Assembly (NCBI GenBank): GCA_013152275.1
Contig: JAADGS010000090.1
Span: 62,001 to 108,827 of the forward strand
Length of the DNA: 46,827 bases
From: Actinomycetota bacterium
Lineage (GTDB): Bacteria > Actinomycetota > Acidimicrobiia > Spongiisociales > UBA4744
Reading direction: 5' to 3'
Shown here piece after piece: positions 45,348-46,827 of the stretch; the stretch's first letter is position 1; the number at the start of each line of letters is the position of its first letter. A program made the translations under genes and the position numbers. The notes beneath the pieces were generated by a model that worked only from the letters and a program-made list of their open reading frames with translations, was not told the DNA's origin and made no database searches.

Positions 45348-45981
45348 TATGGCCCTTTATCGACCATCACGGTCCGAGACCTGAGAGGTTTGGCACTCGG
45401 GAGTGGCTGCCAACCCGAGCCTCGCACACACATGCCCGAACGATGGGCCGATCGCGGGAACCCTGAACGACAAAGGGGATTCTGCAATACCCGGACGATC
45501 TCGAGACGGGCAACCCGGGCAGCAGGTGACGGCGGATGGGCCTGAGCGGCCGTTCTCGCCACCGAGGGCCGCTCCCCCGTTTACAGCAGGGCAACCGAAG
45601 AAACATGCCTGTTCGCCGATGGGCCGATGCACGGTCCTGGCCAACGACGGCCAACCTTGTGGACCTGAGCCATCTGCACTTCGACTCAACGACCGTGAAC
45701 GCCCTCAACTCCCAATGACTGCCTCGGAACTCGAGAAGCCACTTGTGCCGCGTCGACGCGTTCGCAGATGTGTTCTCAGACGTCTCTCGATCCGCAACAG
45801 CATCACGCCGTCCGGCCGCTCTGCGCGAGTGGGTCGAATCCGCGGCGCACGTATCAATGGAACCGACTATGTTTCTGGCTAGACCGTCGGGGGAACGGAT
45901 TACGAGGGCTCGGGAGGCCCGTATGAGCACCGTCACACACACCGGCTTTGGCGCGTCGCGCCGCCATCACGGAACGGCACC

Positions 45982-46827
45982 GTGAGTCGCACCGTGGGCC
46001 GGCACCGCGCCGGAGGCCGCCGGGTCAGCGAACGGCCGGCAGCCTTTCTCTCCGGTGGCCGACGCACCCTGATCCTCCTCGTCGCCTTCTCTCTCGTTGC
46101 TTCGCTCCTCGCCCTCCTCGGTCCCCCCATCCTCAGTGCCTCGGCCTCCCCGAGGGTGGCTGATGGTCTTGTCGCTTTGTATGAGTTTGGGGAAGGGTCC
46201 GGGTCGTCGGTGGGTGACACGTCCGGCTTCGGGACGGCCCTCGATCTGGACATTCAGGATCCGGGCGGTGTGACCTGGGGACCGGACGGACTCACCGTCG
46301 ATGCAGCCACCATCATCTCCTCGCCGGGGGCGGCCACCAAGATCATCAATGCCGTGCAGGCCTCCAACGAGATCACGGTCGAAGCCTGGGTCGACCCTGC
46401 GAACCTCACCCAGAACGGTCCGGCACGCATCGTGACGATCTCCCTCGACCTCTACAACCGCAACATGACCTTGGGTCAGGGTGTGTGGAGCACCACCGGG
46501 GACCGTATCGAGGCGCGCCTGCGTACCACGAGCACCGATGCCAGCGGTCAGCCGGCCATCCGCACCGACACCGCGACACTGCCCAACCGGTTGGTTCACG
46601 TCGTCTACACCCGCGACGCGTCCGGCCGCCGTCTACCTCGACGGCACCCTCACCGCCACCGGGACCGTGGCAGGAGACTTCTCCAACTGGGACCCGAACT
46701 ATGGTCTCGCCCTCGCCAACGAGTTCACCCAAGATCGCCCCTGGCTCGGCACCTTCTGCCTCGTCGCCCTCTACGACAAAGCCCTCACCCCCACCGAGAT
46801 CACCCAAAACTACGACGCAGGCTGCAC
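45982..46827 (+). CDS. Secreted LamG/concanavalin A-like domain protein, 3'-truncated by the window end, with an apparent frameshift near 46627
   Basis: From GTG 45982: signal/TM RRTLILLVAFSLVASLLALLG, then GLVALYEFGEGSGS.V.DTSG, ITVEAWVDP..LTQNGPARIV and HVVYTRDASG. It continues in the +1 frame as VYLDG...FSNWD..YGLALANE...PWLGT..LVALYDKALTPTEITQNYDAG. Not in the ORF track. Confidence 0.8.
   Translation, partial: MSRTVGRHRAGGRRVSERPAAFLSGGRRTLILLVAFSLVASLLALLGPPILSASASPRVADGLVALYEFGEGSGSSVGDTSGFGTALDLDIQDPGGVTWGPDGLTVDAATIISSPGAATKIINAVQASNEITVEAWVDPANLTQNGPARIVTISLDLYNRNMTLGQGVWSTTGDRIEARLRTTSTDASGQPAIRTDTATLPNRLVHVVYTRDASGRRLPRRHPHRHRDRGRRLLQLGPELWSRPRQRVHPRSPLARHLLPRRPLRQSPHPHRDHPKLRRRLH

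Noticed and set aside
45580..45640. Resemblance to a c-di-GMP-I or ZTP riboswitch, or a sigma-28/WhiG promoter (GCCGAT)
   Set aside because: Key conserved riboswitch elements and a correctly spaced TAAA -35 are missing. An Infernal scan would be needed to say more.
45367..45942. ORFs in the kinase-LamG intergenic region (45367-45942 minus, 45403-45882 plus)
   Set aside because: No recognisable domain, atypical composition and no convincing start signals.
1..46827. Prophage, integrase, transposase, defence system, tRNA or rRNA genes
   Set aside because: None recognisable. Nearly all coding space is accounted for by housekeeping, transport and signalling genes, and the intergenic gaps show no tRNA-like sequence.

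Overview
A GC-rich bacterial chromosomal segment, most likely from an actinobacterium of Acidimicrobiia type. This is inferred from the BldD-like regulator, dimeric GlyQS, hrcA-dnaJ without dnaK/grpE, and many leaderless TANNNT promoters. The backbone is a conserved, mostly minus-strand housekeeping block: leuS-lgt-comEA-comEC-holA-(rpsT)-lepA-hemW-hrcA-dnaJ-rsmE-mtaB-HIT-phoH-pgpH(7TM-HD)-ybeY-CBS/CorC-era-recO-uppS-glyQS. Accessory genes sit inside it: a 7-gene Liv-type ABC transporter/acyl-CoA ligase/PaaK-like cluster; a BldD homologue with an intact c-di-GMP signature and a palindromic operator in its own promoter; a divergent FolP; a membrane protein with a degenerate GGDEF domain; PPK2; and an arginase remnant. 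The flanks carry a stand-alone sucrose-phosphate synthase, feoAB, an ABC exporter, 3-hydroxybutyryl-CoA dehydrogenase, an orphan CHASE histidine kinase, and a frameshifted LamG-domain secreted protein that the ORF track misses. Non-coding features include a CIRCE element written into the last codons of hemW, three BldD-box-like palindromes in promoter regions, heptamer-repeat arrays in intergenic gaps, and two kinds of ~55-60 bp REP-like palindromes. The most interesting candidate system is a BldD/c-di-GMP regulatory circuit in an apparently non-streptomycete lineage. No rRNA, tRNA, CRISPR array or transposase was recognised. All assignments come from reading motifs by eye; no searches were run.
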